DNA from: Candidatus Altimarinota bacterium
GTDB taxonomy: Bacteria; Patescibacteriota; Gracilibacteria; CAIRYL01
Direction of reading: 5' to 3'
DNA: 64,000 bases
Assembly: GCA_965250085.1 (NCBI GenBank)
Contig: OZ252287.1
Span: forward strand, 128,001 to 192,000
The notes beneath the pieces were generated by a model. It was given only the letters and a program-made list of their open reading frames with translations, was not told the origin of the DNA and did not search any database. Made by a program: the position numbers and the translations under genes. How positions within the stretch are numbered: position 1 is the first letter of the stretch; the number at the start of each line of letters is the position of its first letter. Positions 9,089 through 19,492 of this stretch are shown piece by piece.

Positions 9089-9715
9089 ATGATACTTTGT
9101 ATCAATACTGTATTGGGAGCGGGAAGTGTCACTGTTTTTGAGGAAAAATATGGCAAAGCACGCCAAAAAAAAATGATTCAAAAAAGAGATTTGGTTTCAG
9201 AAATTCATGAAATCCTTGTAAAAAATTCCCTCTCTCCACGCGAAATCACAAAGATTTATGCCCTGCAAGGACCAGGTCCATTTACTGCTGTTCGAAATCT
9301 TGCCACCATTATGAACGCTTGGAAACTCAGCTTTCCACAGATAGAACTCTTTCCTCTTCCTACCGGAGTATTTTTGCAGTGTCAGTTTCCTGACGCTGAG
9401 CATATATTTCTTTCTGCTGGGAAATCAGCATTTTTTCTTTTTAATGCTCAAAATCCAACACAATTTCAAAAGCTTCCCATTGCACAACTTTCCGGGTTTT
9501 CAGGAATATATGGGGGATATCTCCGTCCAGATGCGAAAATACCAGATCATTTGCAAAAAGCTTCACCCCTTTCAGACGAAGAAGTATTTGGACACATTTT
9601 AAAATCAGGAAAGCATGACGCAGAAGACTTTCTTTTCCCCATATATGGCGCAGAAGCACATATCAGCGCTCCTGTTTCAACTTCAGCTGTGGAAGCTTCT
9701 TTTCCACTGAAATAG
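9089..9715 (+). CDS. tsaB: TsaB-like tRNA t6A biosynthesis protein
   Basis: MILCINT start and GPGPFTAVR motif (~GPGSFTGLR). Confidence 0.7.
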   Translation: MILCINTVLGAGSVTVFEEKYGKARQKKMIQKRDLVSEIHEILVKNSLSPREITKIYALQGPGPFTAVRNLATIMNAWKLSFPQIELFPLPTGVFLQCQFPDAEHIFLSAGKSAFFLFNAQNPTQFQKLPIAQLSGFSGIYGGYLRPDAKIPDHLQKASPLSDEEVFGHILKSGKHDAEDFLFPIYGAEAHISAPVSTSAVEASFPLK

Positions 9716-9960
9716 AGAATACTGGCAATTGGTCCACATATTCACTGCTTTCTATTTTGTGAACCTCTTGACGTTTTTTAAAAATATGAAAATTACGTTT
9801 TGACTTTCTCAGTGATGAATCCTTCTTTTTTTCCAAAAACAGCTTTAATGAAACATTAAGATTTTATTAAAAAATCAAAGAAAATAATTGACGATTTTCT
9901 TCTTTTCAAAGAAGTATTATGCCTCAATAAGAATTATTTTGAGTAAATAGAATAAAATAA

Positions 9961-10670
9961 GGCTCTTGAGTAGAATAATTACTTCAATTATTCTCTTAAC
10001 ATGCTTAAACACAGTAAAATATCGAATTATAAGATCAAAAAAATATTGAAGTGTTTTTGTGAAGATCTCAATGCATCAAAAACAGCAAATATTCTAGATC
10101 TCAATCGGAGAACGGTTGATCGATATTTTAATATTTTTAGAGAAAAGATTGCAAAGTTCTCTTTAGCACAGTCAAAGAGTTTTGGAGAATTTGAACTTGA
10201 TGAAAGTTACTTTGGAGCAAAGAGAATGAGAGGAAAGAGAGGAAGAGGAGCCGCAGGAAAGACTCCTGTCTTTGGAATCCTTCAAAGAGAAGGAAGGGTA
10301 TTTGTTTCTATTGTAAAAGATTGCTCCAGAAAAGAGCTCCTACCTATTATTCAAGGAAAAATACTAGAAGGATCAACTATTCATACTGATGGATGGAGAG
10401 CTTATGATGGACTCATTCTCAATGGATATGATCACTATCGTATTCATCACTCAGAAAATGAATTTGCACGAGGAAAATGTCATGTAAATGGTATTGAATC
10501 CTTTTGGTCTTTTGCGAAAAGAAGACTCTCTAAGTTTAACGGAATTGCTTCTCACAAGTTTAACTTTCACCTCAAAGAATGTGAGTGGCGATGGAACTAT
10601 AAAGATCAAGATATTTTTGTTATAATGTCCAAAATTATCAGAGATTTTTAAAATCTCCTACTCTAGAGCC
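9961..10670 (+). mobile_element. IS1595-family insertion sequence
   Basis: IRs GGCTCTTGAGTAG / CTACTCTAGAGCC; 8-bp target duplication TAAAATAA (9953-9960, 10671-10678). Confidence 0.92.
10001..10651 (+). CDS. IS1595 family transposase
   Basis: ELDESYFG, GRGAAGKTPV, HTDGWRAY, HVNGIESFW. Confidence 0.95.
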   Translation: MLKHSKISNYKIKKILKCFCEDLNASKTANILDLNRRTVDRYFNIFREKIAKFSLAQSKSFGEFELDESYFGAKRMRGKRGRGAAGKTPVFGILQREGRVFVSIVKDCSRKELLPIIQGKILEGSTIHTDGWRAYDGLILNGYDHYRIHHSENEFARGKCHVNGIESFWSFAKRRLSKFNGIASHKFNFHLKECEWRWNYKDQDIFVIMSKIIRDF

Positions 10671-10724
10671 TAAAATAATATGTGAAATATACTTTTTTAT
10701 TTCTTTTTTCACTTTTTTATAAAT

Positions 10725-12446
10725 ATGACATCGTCTATAAAGATATTCTTTGGAACAGGAATTTTTCTTTTGGGTTTTTCTCTTGTATTTGCTGCTGTAC
10801 AGATCTCGGGGCAATCGCAAATAGAAATTTTTTCAGGGGAATACCTCTCTGAAACATATAGCATCGATCCTGGAGCAGGAAATGCCGTGGATACCATTAG
10901 TTGGACGGGGTTGGAGCCAGGGCTTTTTGCGATAGAAAGTCAGGATAAAACAGAGATGTCTCTGCTGGGCTCACCAAAGATTGTTGGAAATCCATCTGTG
11001 TTGACTCTGGCGGCTACAAATAGCTTAGGAGAAAATCAGACTTTGGAAATTGCAATGCAAGAAAGAGCACTGCCTCCTATGTCTTGTGCCGATGTTTTAG
11101 CAGGTGATCCCGGGGCAACTGATGGACTCTATACCATACATGCCGATGATGAGGTGACTTCTTTTGAGGTCTATTGTGACATGACCTCTCCGGGAGGACC
11201 GTATACCCATATGGTAGAACACGTTGCTGCCGGATTTGGGCACACCTGTGCTCTCTTGGCAGACACCACGGTCAAATGCTGGGGATACAATAGATATGGG
11301 CAACTGGGTGATGGAACGACAACTGACCGCAGTACGCCTGTTGCGGTTTCTGGTCTTAATGATGTGGTCTCTCTTTCTGCTGGATGGATGCACACATGTG
11401 CACTCCTGAGTGATGGCAGTGTGCAGTGCTGGGGATATAATTATTACTATAATCTTGGAGATGGAACCCTCACGAACCGTACGACCCCTGTAGCAGTACA
11501 GAATGTTTCTAATGCTGTGCAAATTTCTAGTGATGGGCATCACTCCTGTACTCTTTTGACAGGTGGAACTATGAAATGCTGGGGAAGGAATAGTTATGGA
11601 CAAATAGGAAACAATACTATTGGCACCAGAAGACATGTTACTGTTGTTCTGGGTATAAGTACTGCCACTTCTATTGGTGTTGGTGTCTACCACAGCTGTG
11701 CTGTCCTCAGTGATGGCACCGCTCTGTGCTGGGGGAGGAATAATATCGGACAGATCGGAATAGGAAGCACCAATAATTATATAAAAACTCCAAGAGCTGT
11801 TCTGAATCTTACAAATATCGTCGCGATTGATGGAGGAGAATATCATACCTGCGCTCTGCTCGATGACGGTACGGCTCAGTGTTGGGGAAATGGTTATAAT
11901 GGTCAGTTAGGCGATGGAGCAACTACTTATAGAACTTCTCCGGTAGCGGTTCAAAATTTAAATACTATCGATACATTCAGTTTGGGAGCACGCCATTCTT
12001 GTGTTGTGCTCGATGATGATACAGCTCAGTGCTGGGGACAGAATATATATGGACAGCTCGGTGATGGTACGACGACAAACAGCAGTGTGCCTGTCTCTGT
12101 ACAAGGTATTTCCAATGCACAAAGTATTGTTGGTGGTTCGTATCATACCTGCTCCGCACTCTCAAACAAAACTGCCAAATGCTGGGGAAGGGATACCTAT
12201 GGTCAACTGGGAGGAGGGATTATTACCGGTTTTGAATCCCTGAGTTCTCCCAGCACACTTTCTCAGGAAACTACTTCTGTTTCCGTTCCGGATGACTTTT
12301 CTTTTGACCCCATTGAATACTGCGCCGATATATTGGACAAAGAAAAGAAGCTGGAGAAATGTATGGAAAAATGGGAGCAGGAGGTGGACAAATATTCTGG
12401 AATCGGTCCTAAAAGCCTGACTCCGCAGAGAGTGGAAGGGTTATAG
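10725..12446 (+). CDS. Secreted RCC1-repeat beta-propeller protein with fibrinogen-like YCDM module
   Basis: Signal peptide; [21 protein letters not shown]; seven HTC..CWG..GQLGDG-type repeats. Confidence 0.9.
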   Translation: MTSSIKIFFGTGIFLLGFSLVFAAVQISGQSQIEIFSGEYLSETYSIDPGAGNAVDTISWTGLEPGLFAIESQDKTEMSLLGSPKIVGNPSVLTLAATNSLGENQTLEIAMQERALPPMSCADVLAGDPGATDGLYTIHADDEVTSFEVYCDMTSPGGPYTHMVEHVAAGFGHTCALLADTTVKCWGYNRYGQLGDGTTTDRSTPVAVSGLNDVVSLSAGWMHTCALLSDGSVQCWGYNYYYNLGDGTLTNRTTPVAVQNVSNAVQISSDGHHSCTLLTGGTMKCWGRNSYGQIGNNTIGTRRHVTVVLGISTATSIGVGVYHSCAVLSDGTALCWGRNNIGQIGIGSTNNYIKTPRAVLNLTNIVAIDGGEYHTCALLDDGTAQCWGNGYNGQLGDGATTYRTSPVAVQNLNTIDTFSLGARHSCVVLDDDTAQCWGQNIYGQLGDGTTTNSSVPVSVQGISNAQSIVGGSYHTCSALSNKTAKCWGRDTYGQLGGGIITGFESLSSPSTLSQETTSVSVPDDFSFDPIEYCADILDKEKKLEKCMEKWEQEVDKYSGIGPKSLTPQRVEGL

Positions 12447-12472
12447 TTCTTTGATTTTTTCTTTTTTATATT

Positions 12473-15400
12473 ATGCGAAAATTATTTTCTGTTCTCTGTT
12501 GTTTAATATTTCTTTCCGGACAAATCACTTTCCTTCCTCAAGTATCTGCTGAGGAAGTACTCGAATCATCGACTTCAATTTTTGCGGAAACAACAGACGA
12601 TCCCAATACAAAAGGAAAACCTGCTGGAAGTTCTGAAGAGCGTGATGTGATCCTTGATCCGGCACTATTAGGATCTCTGGAAAGCAAGGGGCAGGTCACA
12701 AAAGAAAAGGGTGAATCAGTGCTGATAGCTCCTTTGGAAGACGCTTTTCAAGAGAATACCGACACCTCTTCGCTTTCATCCGAATCCTTGTCGGCAAGTT
12801 CTTCCTCTTCTTCATCAGATCCGATGGATGCTGTTTCCAATGCTCCTTTGCCCGATGTAAATACTGATCCGCTCAAAAACATTGCAGGTGTGCAGGGAGA
12901 ATATAGCGTCAGTGAATTTACGGGAGATGTGCAATATTCGTACCCCCTCTTTATGCCTCCTGGCAGGAATGGTAGCTCTCCTTCTGTTACGCTCAGTTAC
13001 TCTGCTAGTAATAAAGAGGGCAATTCTGAACTGGGAACGGGATGGAATTTAGATCTTCCCAAAATCGAACGGTATTCTCGCACAGGAGTGGAAAATCTGT
13101 ATGCCAATAATAATTTTCTTTCTCCCTTTGCCGGTGGTAATGGTGAGCTTTCCATTGACTCTATTGATGCCAATGGACACGGGACGTATATCCCCAAAAT
13201 ACAAACAGGAGCGGTCTATCATGAATTCAAAGCAGACAACACTTGGGAGATTACTGATGCCGCAGGGGTGGTGTATCGATTTGGAACGGTATCAGATGCA
13301 CGAGAACAAAGTGATGATGGCGGTAGAATGTACACCTGGTATCTGACCGAAATAGAAGACACTAATGGCAACAAGATGATATATGAATATACCAAGAGCC
13401 AGGGGTCTGTATATCTGAAGCGTATACTCTATGGAAATGAAGCCCAGCCCTATGAAGTACGATTTGAACCCTATTTTTCCGGCACTCTTGAGCAGTTTGA
13501 TGTACTTCCGTCTTATTCTCGTCTTTTCCCAGTGGTGGAGCAAAAAGACTTATTGGACTCTGTAGAGGTTTTTGATCCGTTTTCAGGAGACAAGATCGTG
13601 TATGAACTTACTTATGATACTCAAGGAACCTTTGGCTCTTCCGAAAGCCTTTCGGGCACTACTGACTATCTTATCAGCATCCAGCAAAAAGGAGTGGCGG
13701 CTTCTGGTGTGGAAACCAGTTTGCCGCCGACCGAATTTGAATACGAGAGCTATGATGGGTCCCGATCATTTGACATTGTCTATCCGGATTTGAGTGATGA
13801 AAATGGCTATGACAACACGTATTTCGATGGAACGGAGGACAGCCCCGTTCCCATGTGGATTTTTGCTGATGAAACCGGAGATGGATGGGAAGACCTGGTC
13901 AGCAATGTAGTGCGATATAAGAAAATTAATGGCAGTTATCATCATTTGCCGTATGAACGCTTATTTGTTTCACAGGGAAATGGCGAATGGGTGGAAGATC
14001 CTGATTTTATGGCTTCGGAATCATACTGGGCATGGGAGTATAGGCCCCATGATATCCGGGATTATTTTCCACCCGGATACAGAGACAATAACGGAGATGT
14101 GACCGATCATCTCTGTATTCGGAAATATCATGGAAATCTGGGTCAAAAAGATGGTTTGAGTTGCTATAACGGCGAGCATGGGAATGAGATGAAAGTGTAC
14201 CCAAGAGATGAAGACTTCCAGTTTTTGGAACTCAACGCAGATGGGCATCCGGATGGATTTAAGTATGACCATAAACAAAATTATCACAACAACACCGATA
14301 ATTCCCTGTATAGAAATACCGGAACGGCGTTTGAACCGGAAACAAGTGCTCAGTGGAATATTCCGGATGATATCTTTTATGATGAAGGCAGTACACTGTT
14401 TGGAGATATCAATGGAGACGGACTGGATGATATGGTGCACTGGTTTCAGAAAGTGGATGAATCTTCCGTTCTGGTGGAAGAAACCAAGAGAGCCTACCTC
14501 AACACCGGAGAAGGTTGGCAAGATATCACTGCAGATATTTCACTGCCTGTTCCTATTCGCCATCGCAAATGTCAGAACGGAGTCAGTACCTGTGAAGTGA
14601 TTTCTGTGAAAAAAACCTTTACCTTTCTCGATGCCAACAGAGATGGACTGGTGGATCTCTTTCATCAAGGGAAAGTGCACCTGAATAATGGATACGGCTG
14701 GGAAAGCACTGTTTCGGAGCTGTACAACAGTTCATATGACTTTGATCCCAGTTTTCCCACGCTGAGCAGCTTTACAGATCTCAACAAAGACGGTGCTTTT
14801 GAACGCAAAAAGCCGGTTGGAAAAACATTTGCCAACAATAATGAGATCGTAGATCTTCCCGTGCTCACAAATGTTACAAGCCCTCAAGGAGGATTTGCCG
14901 AATTTGAATACACTCCTGCCTCGAGTTACACCAATGCCGATGGCAGTGCGGCGAATATTGAGCTCCCTATACCTCGTCTGACGTTATCTAAGCTTACAAC
15001 CGATGACGGAATGGGAAATACAAGTGAAACCAATTATGAATATGCCGGTGGAAAGATGTATCGCAATCATGTTTCTGAGCAAGAGCTTTTGGGATTTCAT
15101 ATGGTCACCAAAGCATTGCCGGATAATTCAAAAATTATTACAGAATATGAGCAAGGGAGTGCCTCACAAAACTTTGCTGGGAAAGGGTCTCTTACAAATC
15201 AGAAAATATACACTTCTTCTGGAGATCTTTTGCAGGAAACACAGAATTTTTATGACATTGAACCCCGCGGAACCAATAGTTACGAATCCCTCCTGGAAAC
15301 AAGTATCAATCTGACATATTCAGAACACAATCCTTCAAATTATAAAGCCACAGCCTCAGAATACACCTATGACCAGTATGGAAATATCATTCAGGCCATT

Positions 15401-18400
15401 GACTATGGAGAGGTGAATGTAGTGGACACAGCAGGCAACTTCACCGATATTGGCTCCGATACTCTCACCAGCAATATTGAATATGCAGAGAATGCGGCAG
15501 ATCATATTCTCTCTCTTCCTCAGAGACAGGAACTCCTGGATAATTCCGGAACGGTTATTGGTGAAAGCAAAATCTATTATGACAATCTGCCACTGGGTCA
15601 AGTGAGCATCGGCAATCGCACCAAGACGGAAACACTCGCTTGTACTGGTCAGGCATGCCTGACCCCTACGGTGACAACTCTTACAGAGTACAACTCCTAC
15701 GGTCTGCCGACAAAGGTGACCAATCCTCGAGGGTATGACACCAATATCACGTATGATTCTCAGAATCTCTTCCCAGAGACAATTACGAATGCCAAATTAC
15801 AAATTACAAATTACGAATACGATTATCTGTTTGGAATACCCGTGGAAGTGACCGATCCAAATGGAGCGAAGTCAATTACCGTGCTGGATTCTCTCGGACG
15901 AGTCACAGAAATCAAAGTCACTGATCCGAATAATACTGATACAGAAATCATCGCGAGCACCATTAACTACGACACTACATCAGTACCGAATAGTGTCACG
16001 ACGACGACATACACCCACACTCCTCCCCTCTTTCGCAAAGAGGGGCTGGGGGAGATTTCTGTAGAGGGAGTTATGTATCTCGATGGATTTGGAAGACTTA
16101 TTCAATCGCGGACTGAAGCAGAAGGGAGTGCACAGTATACAGTGCACAGTATACAGTATGATGATCGGGGGAATATGGACAAACAAACTCTTCCTGTCTT
16201 CCAGAGTGGAATCTCATATACAGCTTCATCAGGATCTGAAGTAGGGAGTACGTATACGTATGATGCTCTGAGCAGAGTGCTGAGTGAAATAACTCCAGTG
16301 GGAACGACTTCTACTGCGTATGATCAGTGGTCACAAACGGTGACTGATGCCAATGGACATCCAAAGGACTTTACTTCTGACGCTCGAGGAAATCTGACTG
16401 AGGTGACCGAACACTTGGACGGAACTCCATATGACACGAACTATGCCTATGATCAGCTGAACAATCTCATCACAATCACAGATGCCAAGGGAAACATCAG
16501 AAACTTCACATATGACCTCCTGGGAAGACGTATCAGCATGGAAGATTTGCATACAGCAAACGATGCAACTTTCGGACTGTGGACTTTTGACTATGATGAC
16601 AACAGCAATCTCATCACTCAAACCGATCCAAAGGATCAGGAAATTTCTTACACCTATGATGAACTCGATAGAGTCCTCACCGAATCAGCAAAAATTCCTC
16701 CGTCTTCCGTCTTCGAACTGCACACTTCATACGCCTATGACACCGGAACGTATGGCATTGGACGCCTTTCATCAATAGTGAGTCCCGCTGTGACCAAGAA
16801 CTACACGTATGACATCCTCGGTAGAGTTATAAATGAACAAAAAAAGATTCTCGTACGGATTGATGGCAATCAATCCCTACAAACTTTCGACTCGTACTTC
16901 ACGTACGATCTCGCCGGCAATCAGCTCAGTATCACCTATCCTGGTTCGACAGGCTCACCACAAGCGAACATGCTCGTGGAATACACCTACAACAACGCTG
17001 GCCTTCTGGAAGCTGTACAAAAGGATGGAGCAGACATCGTCACTAATCTCGACTACATCCCTGTGGGGCTGGTCGAGAAAATTGATTACGCCAATGGCGT
17101 CAGCACCACCAATACGTATGACATTGGCCAAATCTATCGATTGACCAATAAATCCACCCTCCTTCACCAAGGTTCCGGCGGGCAGGCCGTACATCAGGAT
17201 ATCAGCTACACTTTTGATCCTGTGGGAAACATCACCCAGATCACAGACACCTCAGAGACCAACGCTGCCAAGACTTCTACATTTACCTATGATGATCTGG
17301 ACAGGCTTCTTTCTGCAACCGTGAGCAATGCGGCCAATGGCGATAATTATGCGCGCAACTATACCTATGATATCATTGGCAACATGCTGAGCCATTCAGA
17401 AGCCGGCAGTTATGAATACGCTGGAGGCGACTCTGGGACCAGCTCAGGAGCAAACTCCAATCCTCATGCCGTGACCGATGTGGCAGGAGTGGCGTATAGC
17501 TATGATGATAATGGTAATCTCATATCAAATAACACTTGGACCCATGGTTGGGATTATAAAGATCGCTTGCTGAGCTCTACAGATGGAACAGCTACGGTGA
17601 ACTATACCTATGATGAAGGGGGAGCGAGGGTGAAGAAGGTGAATGCGACCAGTGGCAAAGAGACGGTGTATGTGAATGAATTTGTGGATATCGAGGATTC
17701 TGCTGTGAAGAATCATATCTACGCCGGAGGGATGAAAGTGGCCACCTATTCTGCTGGAATTGCCAGTGGCAGTGGGAGTACGTGTACGGTAGATCTGAGT
17801 ACATGTACAGGGGAAGGAGCAAGATCGCCGTTATGGGAGAATGAGACTTCTCTCAATGGAGCTATAACTGAAGCGCATTATTTAGAAACATATGGACAGA
17901 TGTGTGTGGTGATCTTGTCTGGTGGAGAACAGGTGGCATGGCCTGTAGCTCAGGAAGCAAGCTGGTGGTGTGGTGAAGTGAGTATCCCTGTCTATGAGAG
18001 TGATATAGTCTATCACCATGAAGATCACTTAACGGGATCAAATGTAGACACCGATGACACAGGAAACCTCATTCAGCTATTAGACTACTACCCCTATGGA
18101 GATACTAGACTCGATGAACAGTCATCATCGTACGCAAATGACTATAAGTTTACAGGGAAGGAGAAGGATGAGGATACAGGACTCTATTATTATGAGGCGA
18201 GGTATTATGATAGTGGGATTGGGAGGTTTATATCACTCGATCCCTGGTTTGGAGATATTTATGACCCGCAGAGTTTGAATAAGTATGCGTATGTGAGGAA
18301 TAATCCATTGAAGTATGTGGATGAGACGGGGGAGGTCTATCAAAAAATAGTAGACTGGGCTCTAAAGTGGGCTGCAAAAAAAACACTTCGAAAGGAAATT

Positions 18401-18826
18401 GAAGAAATGATCTTTCCTGAGCAAACGGCAGGAGAACCTGATCCTCGTATTCCTGAATCATCTTATTCTCAGGTTCAAACTATATTTAACTCAAATGGAT
18501 TACAGGCAAACTCCGTTCGAAGATTTTATGATGATGTTATTATCTCAGGGATCAGTGAAAACAATCAAAATTTCACAGTAAATGTTGGTCCAGAATCTAT
18601 AAGCTTATATATATCCTTCGAAGACTCTACAATTAGCTCTGCGGTAACCATTGACCTTACGAGCTCATTCCCTACAAGTGTAATGGAGAAAATTGATGAT
18701 GAGGGATCAGTTGCTAGACTGGAATTAGTTGTTCGTAGTAAACTTGAGAATCATTATAAAAGTATTAAGCCAAAAGAAGATGGAAAAGATGAAGAAAGTG
18801 AAACTGACAATGATTCAGGGGATTAA
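12473..18826 (+). CDS. Large RHS/YD-repeat polymorphic toxin (SpvB-like N-terminus, FG-GAP repeats, RHS core, variable CT)
   Basis: Signal peptide; PPGRNG..P.VTLSY, LGTGWNLDLP; DINGDGLDD; YD repeats; FTGKEKDEDTGLYYYEARYYD; NNPLKYVDETG. Confidence 0.93.
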   Translation: MRKLFSVLCCLIFLSGQITFLPQVSAEEVLESSTSIFAETTDDPNTKGKPAGSSEERDVILDPALLGSLESKGQVTKEKGESVLIAPLEDAFQENTDTSSLSSESLSASSSSSSSDPMDAVSNAPLPDVNTDPLKNIAGVQGEYSVSEFTGDVQYSYPLFMPPGRNGSSPSVTLSYSASNKEGNSELGTGWNLDLPKIERYSRTGVENLYANNNFLSPFAGGNGELSIDSIDANGHGTYIPKIQTGAVYHEFKADNTWEITDAAGVVYRFGTVSDAREQSDDGGRMYTWYLTEIEDTNGNKMIYEYTKSQGSVYLKRILYGNEAQPYEVRFEPYFSGTLEQFDVLPSYSRLFPVVEQKDLLDSVEVFDPFSGDKIVYELTYDTQGTFGSSESLSGTTDYLISIQQKGVAASGVETSLPPTEFEYESYDGSRSFDIVYPDLSDENGYDNTYFDGTEDSPVPMWIFADETGDGWEDLVSNVVRYKKINGSYHHLPYERLFVSQGNGEWVEDPDFMASESYWAWEYRPHDIRDYFPPGYRDNNGDVTDHLCIRKYHGNLGQKDGLSCYNGEHGNEMKVYPRDEDFQFLELNADGHPDGFKYDHKQNYHNNTDNSLYRNTGTAFEPETSAQWNIPDDIFYDEGSTLFGDINGDGLDDMVHWFQKVDESSVLVEETKRAYLNTGEGWQDITADISLPVPIRHRKCQNGVSTCEVISVKKTFTFLDANRDGLVDLFHQGKVHLNNGYGWESTVSELYNSSYDFDPSFPTLSSFTDLNKDGAFERKKPVGKTFANNNEIVDLPVLTNVTSPQGGFAEFEYTPASSYTNADGSAANIELPIPRLTLSKLTTDDGMGNTSETNYEYAGGKMYRNHVSEQELLGFHMVTKALPDNSKIITEYEQGSASQNFAGKGSLTNQKIYTSSGDLLQETQNFYDIEPRGTNSYESLLETSINLTYSEHNPSNYKATASEYTYDQYGNIIQAIDYGEVNVVDTAGNFTDIGSDTLTSNIEYAENAADHILSLPQRQELLDNSGTVIGESKIYYDNLPLGQVSIGNRTKTETLACTGQACLTPTVTTLTEYNSYGLPTKVTNPRGYDTNITYDSQNLFPETITNAKLQITNYEYDYLFGIPVEVTDPNGAKSITVLDSLGRVTEIKVTDPNNTDTEIIASTINYDTTSVPNSVTTTTYTHTPPLFRKEGLGEISVEGVMYLDGFGRLIQSRTEAEGSAQYTVHSIQYDDRGNMDKQTLPVFQSGISYTASSGSEVGSTYTYDALSRVLSEITPVGTTSTAYDQWSQTVTDANGHPKDFTSDARGNLTEVTEHLDGTPYDTNYAYDQLNNLITITDAKGNIRNFTYDLLGRRISMEDLHTANDATFGLWTFDYDDNSNLITQTDPKDQEISYTYDELDRVLTESAKIPPSSVFELHTSYAYDTGTYGIGRLSSIVSPAVTKNYTYDILGRVINEQKKILVRIDGNQSLQTFDSYFTYDLAGNQLSITYPGSTGSPQANMLVEYTYNNAGLLEAVQKDGADIVTNLDYIPVGLVEKIDYANGVSTTNTYDIGQIYRLTNKSTLLHQGSGGQAVHQDISYTFDPVGNITQITDTSETNAAKTSTFTYDDLDRLLSATVSNAANGDNYARNYTYDIIGNMLSHSEAGSYEYAGGDSGTSSGANSNPHAVTDVAGVAYSYDDNGNLISNNTWTHGWDYKDRLLSSTDGTATVNYTYDEGGARVKKVNATSGKETVYVNEFVDIEDSAVKNHIYAGGMKVATYSAGIASGSGSTCTVDLSTCTGEGARSPLWENETSLNGAITEAHYLETYGQMCVVILSGGEQVAWPVAQEASWWCGEVSIPVYESDIVYHHEDHLTGSNVDTDDTGNLIQLLDYYPYGDTRLDEQSSSYANDYKFTGKEKDEDTGLYYYEARYYDSGIGRFISLDPWFGDIYDPQSLNKYAYVRNNPLKYVDETGEVYQKIVDWALKWAAKKTLRKEIEEMIFPEQTAGEPDPRIPESSYSQVQTIFNSNGLQANSVRRFYDDVIISGISENNQNFTVNVGPESISLYISFEDSTISSAVTIDLTSSFPTSVMEKIDDEGSVARLELVVRSKLENHYKSIKPKEDGKDEESETDNDSGD
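15642..15669 (-). repeat. GTAG-type REP-like palindrome in frame within the RHS gene
   Basis: Perfect 18-bp GGTCAGGCATGCCTGACC preceded by GTAG on the minus strand. Confidence 0.75.
16021..16058 (+). repeat. GC-rich hairpin mini-element in frame within the RHS gene
   Basis: CCCCTCTTT-CGC-AAAGAGGGG plus GGGGGAGATTT tail; similar element at 26946-26982. Confidence 0.7.
16942..16964 (+). repeat. TTCGACAGGCTCA-core mini-element in frame (related copies at 19978-19994 and 21791-21810)
   Basis: Shared core TTCGRCMRGCTCA at three non-homologous positions. Confidence 0.75.
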
Positions 18827-18844
18827 TTTACTACCCTTTTTTTT

Positions 18845-19492
18845 ATGGTGAAAAAAATATTTTCAAAACTTCCAATTCCAATAATATGGACCATTAATAT
18901 TTTGCTGTTCCCTTTTTATTATTTGGTTGTCGCTTTCATTTTTGGAATTATTGACGGATATTTTTTTAATGGCAGTATTTTTACGGAAGAAAGAGAATCA
19001 GTTTGGGATTTATTAACATATATACTTTTTGGAATAGTTGGACTATTAAGTTATTTGTTTCATAGGTCTCTTTATTTTAAAATAAATTCTGAACAACGAA
19101 AAATATTTCAAGGGTTTCTAGTAGTGATAGGATACGTGCTTCTAATAGATTTTATATCCGTTTTTGGCTATACGATTTATGAACTTATTTTTATAGACTC
19201 TTTTTTAGTAGTATTAATTGACTTAACGCTTTCTGTTTTTTTATTCTCTGTCCTTTATCTCTTTTTTAAGAGGAAAAAAAATTACCGAATTATTCTTGTT
19301 ATCTACTTGTGCATAGGTATTTTTGCGCCTTTCTTGCATGATTCCCTTTATGATTATTTAGAAATTGAAAAACCTTTCAGGTTTTTTGAAATAAGTGTTG
19401 AGTCTTTTTTATGGATTATTTACAGAATTGTGGCAATTATTTATCTCAAAAAAACTCCCTCCCCGATAGAGCCTGTTTGTCGTAGACCATGA
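18845..19492 (+). CDS. Multi-pass membrane protein, putative immunity protein of the RHS CT
   Basis: ~6 hydrophobic segments, very AT-rich, 18 bp after the toxin stop. Confidence 0.6.
   Translation: MVKKIFSKLPIPIIWTINILLFPFYYLVVAFIFGIIDGYFFNGSIFTEERESVWDLLTYILFGIVGLLSYLFHRSLYFKINSEQRKIFQGFLVVIGYVLLIDFISVFGYTIYELIFIDSFLVVLIDLTLSVFLFSVLYLFFKRKKNYRIILVIYLCIGIFAPFLHDSLYDYLEIEKPFRFFEISVESFLWIIYRIVAIIYLKKTPSPIEPVCRRP

Noticed and set aside
11097-11846. 249-aa antisense ORF (and similar shadows over clpC, secD and hppA)
   Set aside because: Antisense shadows of well-supported genes
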